Positions 25,253-35,799 are shown, counted from the stretch's first letter. The stretch is DNA of 47,736 bases from an uncultured Alphaproteobacteria bacterium (GCA_903879805.1 CAIRMX010000140.1:1-47736); one strand, 5' to 3'. Notes: a model not told the origin generated them from the letters alone. A program made the numbers and translations.

Positions 25253-26500
25253 TTAAATCGGAAATTTTACCGTTACCAAAGCGCCATTTTCTAAATTTTT
25301 AACCTGCAAACTGCCGCCAATTCTGCGCAAAACGCTAAAAGCTAAAAACAACCCAAGGCCGTTACCATTTTTTGTTGTAAGATTTGGCTTGCCGATTTCT
25401 TGCAAAATTTCTGCAGCGAATCCGCGACCGCGATCTTGAATTGTCACAACCATTTCGCCTTCATTTGCCTCAGCTTTAACCGAAACCCACTCCACAGATT
25501 CTTCAAAAGCATTGTCAAAAATATTGAAAAAAACTTGGGTCAGCGCCTCGTCTAAAATTATTTTTTTGTCAGCATTTCCACAAAAATCGTAGAGCAAATT
25601 TTGCGGTCTTCTTAAATCGCTCCAGCTTTTAACTAGCGAGTCAAAAGCATCTTTTGCTGAAATTGCTTTTGCCTGCTCAAGACGCTCTTTTCCTGAAGAA
25701 AGCAAAATGTTTGAGAGAATTTTTTTACAGCGACCAAGCTGCTCTTCTGCCACCAAAACATCTTGCAAAAATTCTTCTTTTGAATTTGTTAAATCGGCTT
25801 TTTTCCAATCTCCCAAAATCACTGAAATAGTTGAAAGCGGCGTGCTTAATTCATGAGCTGCCGCGGTTGCAAGTAAAGCAATTCTAACCAGCTTTTCTTC
25901 TTCATTTGAGAGCTGTTTTAACAAGTAAAAATCACGATCTTTCTCCTGCAGATTTTTAATAATTTTAGTCACGAAAATTAGCAGTAACGCCGCAGCAAAA
26001 ACGTAGCTCACGAGCATTCCGTGCAAGTGCAAATTAAAAAAATCTCCGCCTTCGTGATGGTGCAAAGAGTGTAATTCTTGGTAATTGAAACTCAGCCAAA
26101 CGTAGCAAACCACCGTTACAACGCCAACAAACCAAGCGTAAAGTTGGCGTAGCAAAATTGCCGAAATAATTACCTGAAGCAGAAACAAAGAAATGAACGG
26201 ATTAGAAATTCCTCCACTAAAATAAAGCTGCGCCGTCAAGGCCGCAACGTCAAACACAAGCTCAACAAACAAGGCTCCGTCACTGATTTGCTTTTGCGAT
26301 TTGTAACGAAAAAAACTCACCAAATTTACAATTAGCAAAACCAACAAAACCCCAAACATTTGCGGCAGCGGCAAAGAAATTTTTAGAAAAAAATTAACAA
26401 ATAAAATCACCAGAACTTGTCCAACAATTGCGATTAGCCTAAGCCAGAGAAGCTGTAGCAAATTTTTACGATTAGTGTTTTGCGAAATCTTATTTTCCAT
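25253..26500 (-). CDS. regB: redox-responsive sensor histidine kinase, RegB/PrrB/ActS type
   Basis: Multi-TM N-terminus containing the GGxxNPF quinone-site heptapeptide (GGISNPF). H-box AAAHELSTPLSTI, a conserved Cys in LGRCKKIL (redox-box position), and the ATPase G-boxes RGRGF and GNGLGL. Confidence 0.85.
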   Translation of the reverse strand: MENKISQNTNRKNLLQLLWLRLIAIVGQVLVILFVNFFLKISLPLPQMFGVLLVLLIVNLVSFFRYKSQKQISDGALFVELVFDVAALTAQLYFSGGISNPFISLFLLQVIISAILLRQLYAWFVGVVTVVCYVWLSFNYQELHSLHHHEGGDFFNLHLHGMLVSYVFAAALLLIFVTKIIKNLQEKDRDFYLLKQLSNEEEKLVRIALLATAAAHELSTPLSTISVILGDWKKADLTNSKEEFLQDVLVAEEQLGRCKKILSNILLSSGKERLEQAKAISAKDAFDSLVKSWSDLRRPQNLLYDFCGNADKKIILDEALTQVFFNIFDNAFEESVEWVSVKAEANEGEMVVTIQDRGRGFAAEILQEIGKPNLTTKNGNGLGLFLAFSVLRRIGGSLQVKNLENGALVTVKFPI

Positions 26501-26608
26501 TTTTAAAATTCAGGTTGGACAAATTGTCTCAGATTAAAAAATTATTTTGCGATTGGATTTAGCGCTTTTTAGAAAGCCGATTCTCTTTTAATGTATCTTT
26601 TTTTTTCC

Positions 26609-27544
26609 ATGAAAATCTCAACAAAACATTTTTTGGCAGCACTTTTTTTGTTAGCCTTTTCTGCCAGTGAAGCCCTCGCCTGCGCTTGTGGCTGTGGCGT
26701 TTTCACGGTTGGAACTAGCGCTTTAATTCCAAATTGCGAAGGTGGCACGGCGTTTGTTCAATATGATTATTTGACGCAAAGCCGTAACTGGAGCAAAGAA
26801 AGTCAAACTAGCGGTCACAATCACGACAAAAGAATTCAAACTCAAACCGTCACTGTTGGCGCACAATATATGTTTAATCGTGAGTGGGGAATGGCTGCAC
26901 GGCTACCTTACGTAACTCGCTACATTAAATCAGTTGAGCATGGTGACGATCATGCTTTAGAGCCACACGATACAAGAACTAACTCAGTTGGCGATGTTCG
27001 TCTTAATGCAATTTATTCGGGATTTTCCGCCGACATGTCGAGCGGTTTAACTTTTGGTTTGAAACTTCCAACCGGCCAAACCAAAGCCCGCAACTTGGAT
27101 GAGCGCAACATGCAAATCGGCACCGGCACTACTGATTTGCTTTTAGGCGCCTACAAAATGGGACAATTTGATAAAGTTGGAAAGTTTAACTGGTTCGCTC
27201 AAACCGGCTTACAGCATGCTTTAAACAGCCATCAAGGATTTCGTTCTGGGGATGAAATTTCTGCAGCAACTGGAATTTATTACAATACTGGATCATTTCT
27301 TGGCATCAAAAAAGTTGCGCCAATTTTGCAAGTTACTGGAGCTAAAAGACTGCGCGACAGTGGTTTTGCATCTGACTCAAAAAATAGCGGCTACAGCCAA
27401 GCTTTCTTTGCGCCTGCAATCGAATTAAATTTCACCAGTTTTAAAATCTACGCTGACGTGGAATTTCCAATCTACCGCAACGTTAACGGCACTCAATTGG
27501 TAGCGCAGAACTTATACAAAATGATCTTGGGTTATAATTTTTAG
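26609..27544 (+). CDS. putative outer-membrane beta-barrel protein with an N-terminal CxCxC motif
   Basis: Signal peptide MKISTKHFLAALFLLAFSASEALA/CACGCGVF; a strand-like pattern rich in aromatics and Gly; C-terminal ...ILGYNF. I prefer the ATG at 26609 to the one at 26591. Confidence 0.55.
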   Translation: MKISTKHFLAALFLLAFSASEALACACGCGVFTVGTSALIPNCEGGTAFVQYDYLTQSRNWSKESQTSGHNHDKRIQTQTVTVGAQYMFNREWGMAARLPYVTRYIKSVEHGDDHALEPHDTRTNSVGDVRLNAIYSGFSADMSSGLTFGLKLPTGQTKARNLDERNMQIGTGTTDLLLGAYKMGQFDKVGKFNWFAQTGLQHALNSHQGFRSGDEISAATGIYYNTGSFLGIKKVAPILQVTGAKRLRDSGFASDSKNSGYSQAFFAPAIELNFTSFKIYADVEFPIYRNVNGTQLVAQNLYKMILGYNF

Positions 27545-28005
27545 TTAAAATTTACGACACTGGAAAAGAAATATTCTTTGTAATCATTTTCCATGTTGGC
27601 GGGATAGGTAACCTTGGGCTGGCTTTCTGGGCTGAATAAAATCCATTTCCAGCCCATTGCCTTTGTATCGAGATAGATTTCTTTGCCGTCGGTCATCACA
27701 AAAATTAAATATCTGACTTTTGGAGTAACTATTTTTGTCTTTTTCTTTACCAAAAATTCCAAGGCGCTGGCTTGGTAGAACATGTAATCGTCAGCTGCGG
27801 TGTAAAAATTTTCTTCTCCCTCTTTCTTTTTTTCCTCAATATTTTCATCTCTCATTTCAATAATGATGGCGCAATTTTCGTTAATGATTTGAAAATCTTT
27901 AGTGGGCTTTTTTGCAACCAAATAACTTTTCAAAGGATCTTCTTGTTCCTGAGCCAAAGCACCTTGGCTAAAAATTAAAGCCAGTAGAATTACTAGATAT
28001 TTCAT
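27541..28005 (-). CDS. hypothetical secreted protein (154 aa)
   Basis: Signal peptide MKYLVILLALIFSQGALA/QEQ. No recognisable domain. It overlaps the convergent OMP gene by 4 nt. Confidence 0.5.
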   Translation of the reverse strand: MKYLVILLALIFSQGALAQEQEDPLKSYLVAKKPTKDFQIINENCAIIIEMRDENIEEKKKEGEENFYTAADDYMFYQASALEFLVKKKTKIVTPKVRYLIFVMTDGKEIYLDTKAMGWKWILFSPESQPKVTYPANMENDYKEYFFSSVVNFN

Positions 28006-28007
28006 AC

Positions 28008-29849
28008 TTATTCTACTGTTACAGATTTTGCCAAATTGCGCGGCTGATCAACATCATTGCCTTTGTAAAGCGCCACATAGTAAGCCAGCAATTGAGTTGA
28101 AACCACTGGCAAAATCGCCTCTTGGATAATTCCGGCAAGCTCAGGAATTTCGATTTTTTGCTTGGCCATTTTGCCAAATTGTTTGATGCCTTTTTTGTTG
28201 CTGATGAAAATTATTTTGCCGCCGCGCGCATTTACTTCTTGAGCGTTTGAAGCAGTTTTTTCGAAGAGATCATTATTTTTATTGTGGGGTGCAATCACGA
28301 TTACCGGCATTTTATTATCGATTAGCGCGATGGTTCCGTGCTTTAATTCGCCTGCCGCGATACCTTGCGCATTGATGTAGGAAAGCTCACGAAATTTTAA
28401 TGCCGCTTCAAAAGCAGTGACCTGAGAAATGCCACGACCAATGTAGAGCACATGTTTTGCGCGAGTTAGCGACTTGGCAATTTTCTTAATATTTTTTAAT
28501 TGTGGCTCGTCAAAAAGATGCGTCATTTTCGATCCGCTTTCTGCGAGTTCTTGCAATAATTTGGCTTTTTCTGACGCCGAAATTTTACCTTTAATGCAGC
28601 CAAAATGAATCGCCAAAAGCGCTAAAACAGTGACTTGCGCCGTGTAAGCTTTGGTTGATGCAACACCAATTTCAGGGCCCGCAACAGTGCGAATTACCGC
28701 ATCCGAAAGCTGCGCCATGGTGCTGTGCGCCACATTGACGATTGAGAGAATTTTTTGATTATTTTGTTTGGCAAATTTTAGTGCCGCCAAAGTGTCCGCG
28801 GTCTCTCCCGATTGCGAAACGAAAACCATTAGATTGTCTTCGCGAAACGGATGGGCGCGGTAGCGAAATTCCGAGGCAATATCAACCTCAACTTCGACGC
28901 CGGAAATTTCTTCAATCAAATATTTGGCGCACATTCCTGAATAGTAAGAAGTGCCGCAAGCCACGATGGTGATTTTATTAATGCTTTTCAGATCAAAAGC
29001 GAAGTTCGGCAAGTGAATTGACGAGCTGCTTAAATCAACGTAAGTCTGAATTGTTTCTTCTAAAACACGTGGCTGTTCGTAAATTTCTTTCAACATAAAA
29101 TGGTCGAAGCCATCTTTGGAAATGCGTGCCTTTTCAGGCTCCATGACCTTTGCTGATTTTTGCAATTCAGCACCTTTGGCGTCAAAAACTTCAATTTTAT
29201 CGGCAGCAATTATTGCGAACTCTTCATCCTCGAGCGCAATAATTTTGTGAGTATGGTCGCTTAAAGCGTAGTAATCAGACGCGATGTAATTTTCATTTTT
29301 GCCTAGCCCCAAAACCAATGGCGAGCCGCGTTTTGCAACGGCGATGACATTGCCGTGATTTTTAAAAATTACGGCGAGCGCAAAAGTTCCTTTAATTTCT
29401 TTAGCCGTTGCAAGCAGCGATTCCTTGATGTCGCCAGTTTTTTCGAAGTGATATTCAATCAAATGCGGCACAACTTCGGTGTCGGTTTCGCTCAAAAATT
29501 TGGCACCGCTTTTTTGTAATTTTGCTTTAAGCTCTTGATGATTTTCAATGATGCCATTGTGAACTACGCAAATGTTAGAAGATGCGTGCGGATGAGCATT
29601 TTCCTTGCTCGGCTTGCCATGAGTTGCCCAGCGCGTGTGACCGATGCCAATTTGTGAATCGAGTTTTTTTTGCAACAAAGCCGCTTCCAGATTAGCGATT
29701 TTTCCTTCTTCTTTAACGGTTTTAAATTCGCCTTTTTCAAGCACAGCAATACCAGCCGAGTCGTAGCCGCGATATTCTAATTTTTTCAAACCTTCGAGAA
29801 TAATTGAGACAGCATTTTTACCGCCAACAACACCAACAATTCCGCACAT
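28008..29849 (-). CDS. glmS: glutamine--fructose-6-phosphate aminotransferase GlmS
   Basis: N-terminal nucleophile MCGIVGVVG, two SIS domains, and C-terminal ...NLAKSVTVE. Confidence 0.95.
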   Translation of the reverse strand: MCGIVGVVGGKNAVSIILEGLKKLEYRGYDSAGIAVLEKGEFKTVKEEGKIANLEAALLQKKLDSQIGIGHTRWATHGKPSKENAHPHASSNICVVHNGIIENHQELKAKLQKSGAKFLSETDTEVVPHLIEYHFEKTGDIKESLLATAKEIKGTFALAVIFKNHGNVIAVAKRGSPLVLGLGKNENYIASDYYALSDHTHKIIALEDEEFAIIAADKIEVFDAKGAELQKSAKVMEPEKARISKDGFDHFMLKEIYEQPRVLEETIQTYVDLSSSSIHLPNFAFDLKSINKITIVACGTSYYSGMCAKYLIEEISGVEVEVDIASEFRYRAHPFREDNLMVFVSQSGETADTLAALKFAKQNNQKILSIVNVAHSTMAQLSDAVIRTVAGPEIGVASTKAYTAQVTVLALLAIHFGCIKGKISASEKAKLLQELAESGSKMTHLFDEPQLKNIKKIAKSLTRAKHVLYIGRGISQVTAFEAALKFRELSYINAQGIAAGELKHGTIALIDNKMPVIVIAPHNKNNDLFEKTASNAQEVNARGGKIIFISNKKGIKQFGKMAKQKIEIPELAGIIQEAILPVVSTQLLAYYVALYKGNDVDQPRNLAKSVTVE

Positions 29850-29959
29850 ATTTTTCGAATTTTATTTTTTAAAGGAGGGATTTGAAGCAACGCTAAGAAG
29901 GGTTGGCGCAAAGTAAATTGTAATCTTTTGTAAAAAAATTAAGTAGTCCTCGAGCTATG

Positions 29960-30086
29960 CCCCTCCTTTTTAAGGAGGGGTTGGGGTGGTTATTCGCAGA
30001 ATCGATTGAAAAAAATTATTTGCGCAAAAAAGACTAAAAAATGAGTTTGCGAATAACCACCTCGACCCCTACTTGAAAAGGAGGGG
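29960..30086. repeat. two inverted family-B palindromic element copies upstream of sdhC
   Basis: cccctcctttttaaggaggggttggggtggttattcgc (29960-29997) and gcgaataaccacctcgacccctacttgaaaaggagggg (30049-30086) are near reverse complements of each other and resemble 15588-15628. Confidence 0.8.
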
Positions 30087-30182
30087 ATCTACTCCATTAA
30101 GAATCAAAATAAATTCTTGTAAACTTCCCCACGCCTTTTTAGTTTTTGAAATCACTTCTTCTCACAAGTTTTTTCCAAAAAA

Positions 30183-30611
30183 ATGACAGCAAAAAAATCT
30201 ACCGCCGCATCAAGCAGGCCAACATCTCCCCATTTGCAAATTTACAGATGGAATATCTCTTCCTTCACTTCAATTTTGCATCGCCTCACTGGAATTGTTC
30301 TTTATATTTCAATCGTCGCAATTTCTTGGTACATCGTTTATTATACCTACCAAATCAACGTAGCAGAGTCTTCGGAGGTTTGCGATTGCCCAATGCAGGC
30401 AATTTTCGACAGAATTTTCTCTCTCGCTGCGATCGCCGTAACCTTCTGTCTTTACTACCATTTCACCAACGGCATTCGCCATTTATTTTGGGATATCGGT
30501 AAAGGTTTTGAAAAAGAAACCGCTAAAACCAATGGCTTCTTGGTGATTGCTTTGTCGCTAATTTTCACCGCCGTAACAATCGGCACCGTTCTTTATCTTA
30601 AATTTTTCTAA
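30183..30611 (+). CDS. sdhC: succinate dehydrogenase cytochrome b556 subunit
   Basis: RPTSPHLQIYRW...ILHRLTG motif, three TM segments, and first position in the sdhCDAB order. Confidence 0.9.
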   Translation: MTAKKSTAASSRPTSPHLQIYRWNISSFTSILHRLTGIVLYISIVAISWYIVYYTYQINVAESSEVCDCPMQAIFDRIFSLAAIAVTFCLYYHFTNGIRHLFWDIGKGFEKETAKTNGFLVIALSLIFTAVTIGTVLYLKFF

Positions 30612-30613
30612 AC

Positions 30614-30976
30614 ATGAACAAGATCAAAATCGCACCTTCAACTAAAACCGGCTCTCATCATTGGTTGATGCAGAGAGTTTCAGCAATTGCACTTTTGCCT
30701 TTAACTCTTTGGCTAGTGCTTTCATTCGTGCAAATCGCTGAAGATCCGCAAGGCTATTTACCAGTGTTTTTCGCCTACCCGCTTAATGCGATCATGGGAA
30801 TTTTATTGATTACTACCTCGCTGTATCATGGCTCTCTTGGCCTTCGCGTTGTCATTGAAGATTACATTACCAATAAAACCAAAATGCATTTCTACATCAT
30901 GTTGGTGAATTTTTTGTCTGCTGTAACCGCCGTTGCTGCAGTAATTGCAATTATTAGACTTCATTTAATCGGGTAA
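30614..30976 (+). CDS. sdhD: succinate dehydrogenase hydrophobic membrane anchor subunit
   Basis: GSHHWLMQRVSAIAL pattern, three TM segments, located between sdhC and sdhA. Confidence 0.88.
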   Translation: MNKIKIAPSTKTGSHHWLMQRVSAIALLPLTLWLVLSFVQIAEDPQGYLPVFFAYPLNAIMGILLITTSLYHGSLGLRVVIEDYITNKTKMHFYIMLVNFLSAVTAVAAVIAIIRLHLIG

Positions 30977-30979
30977 AAA

Positions 30980-32779
30980 ATGTCAGAAAAAAAAATCGGA
31001 AATTATTCAGTAATCGACCATGAATTTGATGTCGTAGTTGTTGGTGCTGGTGGCGCCGGACTTCGCGCCACTTTCGGCATGGCACAAAAAGGTCTTTCAA
31101 CTGCCTGCATTTCAAAAGTTTTTCCAACTCGCTCGCACACAGTTGCAGCACAAGGCGGTATTTCTGCAGCACTTGGCAACATGGGCGAAGATGATTGGCG
31201 CTGGCACATGTTTGACACCGTTAAAGGTTCAGACTGGTTGGGCGACCAAGATGCAATCGAATATATGTGTCGCGAAGCACCGGAAGCAATCATTGAACTT
31301 GAGCATTACGGCGTGCCATTTTCACGCACTAAAGAAGGCAAAATTTACCAACGCCCATTTGGTGGCATGACTAAAGAATTCGGCGAAGGCGGCCCAGCTC
31401 AAAGAACTTGCGCTGCGGCTGATAGAACTGGTCACGCAATTCTTCACACACTTTACCAACAGTCACTCAAACATAACGCCCAATTTTTCATCGAATATTT
31501 TGCGCTCGACTTAATCATGGAAAACGGCATTTGCCGCGGCATCACTGCCCTTTCTTTGCTTGATGGAACTTTGCACAGATTCAAAGCTCAGCTCGTGGTT
31601 CTTGCAACTGGCGGCTACGGACGCGCTTATTTCTCTGCCACTTCAGCTCACACTTGCACCGGAGACGGCAACGCCATGGTACTGCGCGCCGGACTGCCTT
31701 TGCAAGATATGGAATTTGTACAATTTCACCCAACTGGTGTTTACGGCTCGGGATGTTTAATCACTGAAGGAGCTCGCGGCGAAGGTGGATATTTAGTAAA
31801 CTCGGAAGGTGAGCGTTTTATGGAACGCTACGCTCCAAGCGCTAAAGATTTGGCTAGTCGCGACGTAGTTTCTCGCGCCATGACCATGGAAATTTTAGCT
31901 GGACGCGGTGTTGGCCCGAAAAAAGATCACATCTATTTGCACCTCAATCACCTTGATCCAAAAATTTTACACGAGCGTCTTCCAGGCATTTCAGAAACTG
32001 CTAAAGTTTTTGCCGGAGTTGATGTTACTAAACAGCCAATCCCGGTTTTGCCAACAGTTCACTACAACATGGGCGGCATTCCAACTAACGTAAAAGCTGA
32101 AGTTCTAACTGTTAAAAACGGCAAACCAGAAGTGGTTCCGGGTTTGATGGCAATTGGTGAAGCGGCTTGTGTTTCAGTACACGGCGCTAACCGTTTGGGC
32201 TCAAACTCATTGCTTGATTTGGTTGTGTTTGGCCGCGCTGCCGCAATTCGCGCTGCTGAAATTGTTAAACCAAATGCAGCTCACTCTGAATTATCAGCTG
32301 ACGCTGGTGCCGAGTCGCTTGCCCGCTTTGATAAAATCAGAAATGCTAACGGAAAATCCTCTGCCGCGCAAATCAGAAGCAACATGCAAAACTGCATGCA
32401 AGCTCACGCTGCAGTGTTTAGAACTGAAGAAATTTTGACTAAAGGCATCGAAAAAATGCGCGAAATTTTCAAAAGTTTTGAAGATTTAAAAATCGAAGAT
32501 CGCGGCTTGGTTTGGAATAGTGATTTAGTTGAAGCTCTAGAGCTAGATAATCTTAGATCTCAAGCTTTAGTGACGATTGCCGGCGCATTAAACCGCAAAG
32601 AAAGTCGCGGCGCGCAAGCTCGTGACGATTACAAAGATCGCGACGATGAAAATTGGATGAAGCACTCAATCTTATGGTGCGATCAAAGTGCCAATATCAA
32701 AGCCGATTACCGCGAAGTAGTATTAAAGCCAATGAGCAATGATGTTCAGGCTTTTCCACCGAAAAAACGTGTTTACTAA
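30980..32779 (+). CDS. sdhA: succinate dehydrogenase flavoprotein subunit
   Basis: [15 protein letters not shown], covalent-FAD histidine context [10 protein letters not shown], and the [19 protein letters not shown] motif. Confidence 0.97.
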   Translation: MSEKKIGNYSVIDHEFDVVVVGAGGAGLRATFGMAQKGLSTACISKVFPTRSHTVAAQGGISAALGNMGEDDWRWHMFDTVKGSDWLGDQDAIEYMCREAPEAIIELEHYGVPFSRTKEGKIYQRPFGGMTKEFGEGGPAQRTCAAADRTGHAILHTLYQQSLKHNAQFFIEYFALDLIMENGICRGITALSLLDGTLHRFKAQLVVLATGGYGRAYFSATSAHTCTGDGNAMVLRAGLPLQDMEFVQFHPTGVYGSGCLITEGARGEGGYLVNSEGERFMERYAPSAKDLASRDVVSRAMTMEILAGRGVGPKKDHIYLHLNHLDPKILHERLPGISETAKVFAGVDVTKQPIPVLPTVHYNMGGIPTNVKAEVLTVKNGKPEVVPGLMAIGEAACVSVHGANRLGSNSLLDLVVFGRAAAIRAAEIVKPNAAHSELSADAGAESLARFDKIRNANGKSSAAQIRSNMQNCMQAHAAVFRTEEILTKGIEKMREIFKSFEDLKIEDRGLVWNSDLVEALELDNLRSQALVTIAGALNRKESRGAQARDDYKDRDDENWMKHSILWCDQSANIKADYREVVLKPMSNDVQAFPPKKRVY

Positions 32780-32811
32780 ATCTCTGAAAATTTAAACAAA
32801 TCGAAACGAAA

Positions 32812-33609
32812 ATGGCAGAATTTACACTCCCAAAAAATTCACAAATCGACAAAAAAGCCGGTAAAGTTTTTAAAGCAAAAGATGGCGCAAAAAATGTGCG
32901 AGCTTTTGACGTTTATCGCTACGACCCGGAAGATGCCGAAAAGAAAAATCCGCATATTGATCGTTTTGAACTTGATCTTGATGAATGCGGACCAATGGTT
33001 TTGGACGCTTTGATTAAGATTAAATCTGAACATGATTCTTCGGTAACTTTCCGCAGATCTTGCCGCGAAGGCATTTGCGGTTCATGCGCCATGAATATTG
33101 ACGGCACCAACACTCTCGCCTGCACTAAAGCAATTTCTGATTGCAAATCTAGCGATGTAAAAATTTACCCTCTGCCGCACATGCCGGTGGTGAAAGATTT
33201 GGTTCCTGATCTGACCAACTTTTACGAACAGCACAAATCAATCAAACCTTGGCTGCAAGCTGAAGTTCCTGACAATCAAAATAAAGAAAGACTGCAATCT
33301 CCAGAAGATCGCGAAAAACTTGATGGCCTTTACGAATGCATCATGTGCGCCTGCTGCTCAACTTCTTGCCCAAGCTATTGGTGGAATGGCGATAAATATT
33401 TAGGACCTGCAACCTTGCTACAAGCGCAAAGATGGATTGTTGATTCTCGTGATGAAGCAACAGATGAAAGGTTGGATGCGCTAGAAGATCCGTTCAAACT
33501 TTATCGCTGCCACACAATTATGAATTGTACCAATACTTGCCCGAAAGGTTTGAATCCAGCGAAAGCAATTGCATCGATTAAACAGGCGATTGCTGATCGT
33601 AAGGCTTAA
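32812..33609 (+). CDS. sdhB: succinate dehydrogenase iron-sulfur subunit
   Basis: Three Fe-S clusters: [23 protein letters not shown] and [17 protein letters not shown]. Confidence 0.97.
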   Translation: MAEFTLPKNSQIDKKAGKVFKAKDGAKNVRAFDVYRYDPEDAEKKNPHIDRFELDLDECGPMVLDALIKIKSEHDSSVTFRRSCREGICGSCAMNIDGTNTLACTKAISDCKSSDVKIYPLPHMPVVKDLVPDLTNFYEQHKSIKPWLQAEVPDNQNKERLQSPEDREKLDGLYECIMCACCSTSCPSYWWNGDKYLGPATLLQAQRWIVDSRDEATDERLDALEDPFKLYRCHTIMNCTNTCPKGLNPAKAIASIKQAIADRKA

Positions 33610-33621
33610 TTCACACTAAGT

Positions 33622-33651
33622 GTCACCCCGTCGAATGACGGGGTCCATCTC
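33622..33651. repeat. single arm of the family-A palindromic element, between sdhB and proC
   Basis: gtcaccccgtcgaatgacggggtccatctc is identical to the arm at 21728-21757. It contains the 7-bp hairpin ccccgtc-gaat-gacgggg. Confidence 0.8.
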
Positions 33652-33670
33652 CCCACAAACTTTCAAAAAA

Positions 33671-34477
33671 ATGAAAAATATCCTCTTCCTTGGTTGTGGA
33701 AAAATGGGCTCGATTTTGGTTAAAAACTTACTTGAGCAAAAGAGCGCCAAGCCCAGTCAAATAAGCATTTTAGAGAAGTCGGAGAACAACAGAATTGATG
33801 GATTAAGTTACTTCAAAAATGTCGGTGGGCTGCCCAAAAATTACCAAGCTGATTTAGTCTTTCTTGCCATCAAACCCCAAGATGCCGCAGAAATTTTAAG
33901 TGAATTTGCTCAAGCAAAAATATTTTCCAAAAACACTATTTTCATCTCGATTCTGGCCGGAAAAAAAATCGCCTTTTTCGAAAATATTTTTGGCACGCAG
34001 ACCAAAATAATTCGCTCAATGCCAAACCTGCCAATTGATGATTCTCAAGGTGTCTTCACATTTTTTGCCAATAAAAATGTCACTGCCACTGATTCAAAAA
34101 AACTGCTAGAAATCTTCGAAAAATTCGGCACTGCTTTTGAGCTAAAAGATGAAAAACTTTTTGACGCAGCAACTGCAATTTTTGGATCGGGCCCTGCTTA
34201 CATTTTTTTGCTACAAGAAATTTTTACTGAAATTGCCATTAGTCACAAAATCAGCAAAGAAGCGGCTACAGCCTTGGTTAAACAATTGTTTTTGGGCAGC
34301 GCTTTGATGTCTTGTAACTCTGATTTAGATTTTTTGGCACTACGCGAATCGGTCACTTCAAAAGGCGGCACCACTGATGCAGCGCTGCAAATTTTGCAAA
34401 AAAACTCGGCATTAAAAAAGCTTTGTGCAGACGCCATTGATGCTGCTGCAGAAAGATCCAACAAACTTGCAAAATGA
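33671..34477 (+). CDS. proC: pyrroline-5-carboxylate reductase
   Basis: MKNILFLGCGKMGS Rossmann start and C-terminal SKGGTTDAAL. The track start at 33620 lies inside the repeat element, so I rejected it. Confidence 0.88.
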   Translation: MKNILFLGCGKMGSILVKNLLEQKSAKPSQISILEKSENNRIDGLSYFKNVGGLPKNYQADLVFLAIKPQDAAEILSEFAQAKIFSKNTIFISILAGKKIAFFENIFGTQTKIIRSMPNLPIDDSQGVFTFFANKNVTATDSKKLLEIFEKFGTAFELKDEKLFDAATAIFGSGPAYIFLLQEIFTEIAISHKISKEAATALVKQLFLGSALMSCNSDLDFLALRESVTSKGGTTDAALQILQKNSALKKLCADAIDAAAERSNKLAK

Positions 34478-35367
34478 GATTAGCCCAGATTGTCAATAAG
34501 TGCATGGCAACTTTAGCTGCAAAAAAATACGCCTCCAGCTACGGTAAAACCCCACCCCTCCTCTTAAGTTTTGCATCAAGCACCCTCAATCTAGAAGAAC
34601 TACAAAATACCAGCAAAAAACTAGTCCCCATCGTCGCCGCTGAAGTTGTGCAAAATATGCTTTTGCGCAGTGAAGAATTTGTGCCTCACAATTCAGCCCA
34701 GTGGGTTGCGATGAGAAATTTTCAGCTCAGACATCTTCGCTACGGTGAATGTGCTACTTTGAGCAATGGCTTACTTACTGAAATAGTCAAAGAAACCGCT
34801 TACCAAACTGGCGAGATGCAAGTTAGCCAATTCGATATAAATCCAAAAAATCAGGAAAGCTTCCGACGCGGCCTTGATCACACTGCAATTCTATTAGAAT
34901 TAGATGGCAGAGTAATTTTAGCAGATCCACTTCTTAGAACATCTTGTGACTTAAAAGATTTTCCAACTCATCCCCCAGTTGTCAGATATTACGAAGAAGC
35001 TGCCGATATTAGCGAGAAAACAGCTATTGAATTAGCTAAAGGCGCCCAACTTACTAAGAAAATCTTTGATCCATCCTTAGTAAATCCAGAGTCTCTGAGA
35101 CATTGGGATCAAAAACTAGAAACTCTTTTTCAACAAGATGAGCTAACCTTAACTCAATTTGGAGAGTTAACTAAAGTTTTGGATCGGGTTGAAGATGCCC
35201 AACCTCACAACTTACGATCTTTCGTTCGTGATCTGATGCAGAACTTGCATAATTTTACAGCACAAAACGAGCAGCTACTTGTGGCTCAACAAACCCCTTC
35301 GGTAAAATTACAGACCATTGGTAATTCTCCGATCAGCCTCAATACAAATAATTATAAGCAAAAATGA
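34474..35367 (+). CDS. hypothetical protein with a putative Cys-His-Asp (NAT/transglutaminase-like) catalytic layout
   Basis: 297-codon ORF joined to proC and rnhA by ATGA overlaps at both ends. [12 protein letters not shown] (Cys93) and [18 protein letters not shown] (His136, Asp151) recall arylamine N-acetyltransferase motifs. Confidence 0.6.
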   Translation: MRLAQIVNKCMATLAAKKYASSYGKTPPLLLSFASSTLNLEELQNTSKKLVPIVAAEVVQNMLLRSEEFVPHNSAQWVAMRNFQLRHLRYGECATLSNGLLTEIVKETAYQTGEMQVSQFDINPKNQESFRRGLDHTAILLELDGRVILADPLLRTSCDLKDFPTHPPVVRYYEEAADISEKTAIELAKGAQLTKKIFDPSLVNPESLRHWDQKLETLFQQDELTLTQFGELTKVLDRVEDAQPHNLRSFVRDLMQNLHNFTAQNEQLLVAQQTPSVKLQTIGNSPISLNTNNYKQK

Positions 35368-35798
35368 CCTCATCAATTGAAATCTACACTGACGGCGCTT
35401 GCTTGGGAAATCCCGGCCGCGGCGGTTGGGGAGCTATTTTGCTTTACAAAGAACATCGCAAAGAAATTTCCGGCGGAGAAAAATTAAGCACCAATAATCG
35501 CATGGAAATGCGCGCCGTAATTGAAAGTCTTAAGACGCTAAAAAAATTGTCGGAAGTCACGCTTTACACCGACAGCAAATATGTAATGGATGGGATCACA
35601 AAATGGATTTTTAACTGGAAAAAAAACGGCTGGAAAGGCTCTGACAAAAAGCCGGTGAAGAATGTTGATTTGTGGCAAGAGTTAGATACAGAGGTGGCAA
35701 AACACCAAATTAAATGGGTTTGGGTTAAGGGGCATAGCGGCAATAAGTTCAACGAGATCGCAGATGTTTTGGCAAGAACTGCCGCAGAAAAAATCTAG
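35364..35798 (+). CDS. rnhA: ribonuclease HI
   Basis: [22 protein letters not shown]...TNNRMEMRA...LYTDSKYV...[13 protein letters not shown], the canonical RNase H1 pattern. Confidence 0.95.
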   Translation: MTSSIEIYTDGACLGNPGRGGWGAILLYKEHRKEISGGEKLSTNNRMEMRAVIESLKTLKKLSEVTLYTDSKYVMDGITKWIFNWKKNGWKGSDKKPVKNVDLWQELDTEVAKHQIKWVWVKGHSGNKFNEIADVLARTAAEKI

Positions 35799-35799
35799 T

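Noticed and set aside
26518-26528. Palindrome GACAA-A-TTGTC in the regB / OMP divergent region as a possible RegA operator
   Set aside because: It has only 5-bp half sites, and I cannot match it to a RegA/RegR consensus with confidence.
30146-30502. 118-aa ORF overlapping sdhC in another frame
   Set aside because: The sdhC frame (30183-30611) carries the family motifs HLQIYRW and HRLTG. The alternative frame does not look like a real protein.
31003-32438. Several 60-110-aa ORFs on both strands inside sdhA (31003-31293, 31038-31370, 31560-31760, 31908-32093, 32154-32438)
   Set aside because: They are alternative-frame or antisense shadows of a highly conserved gene. None shows a motif or an independent start signal.
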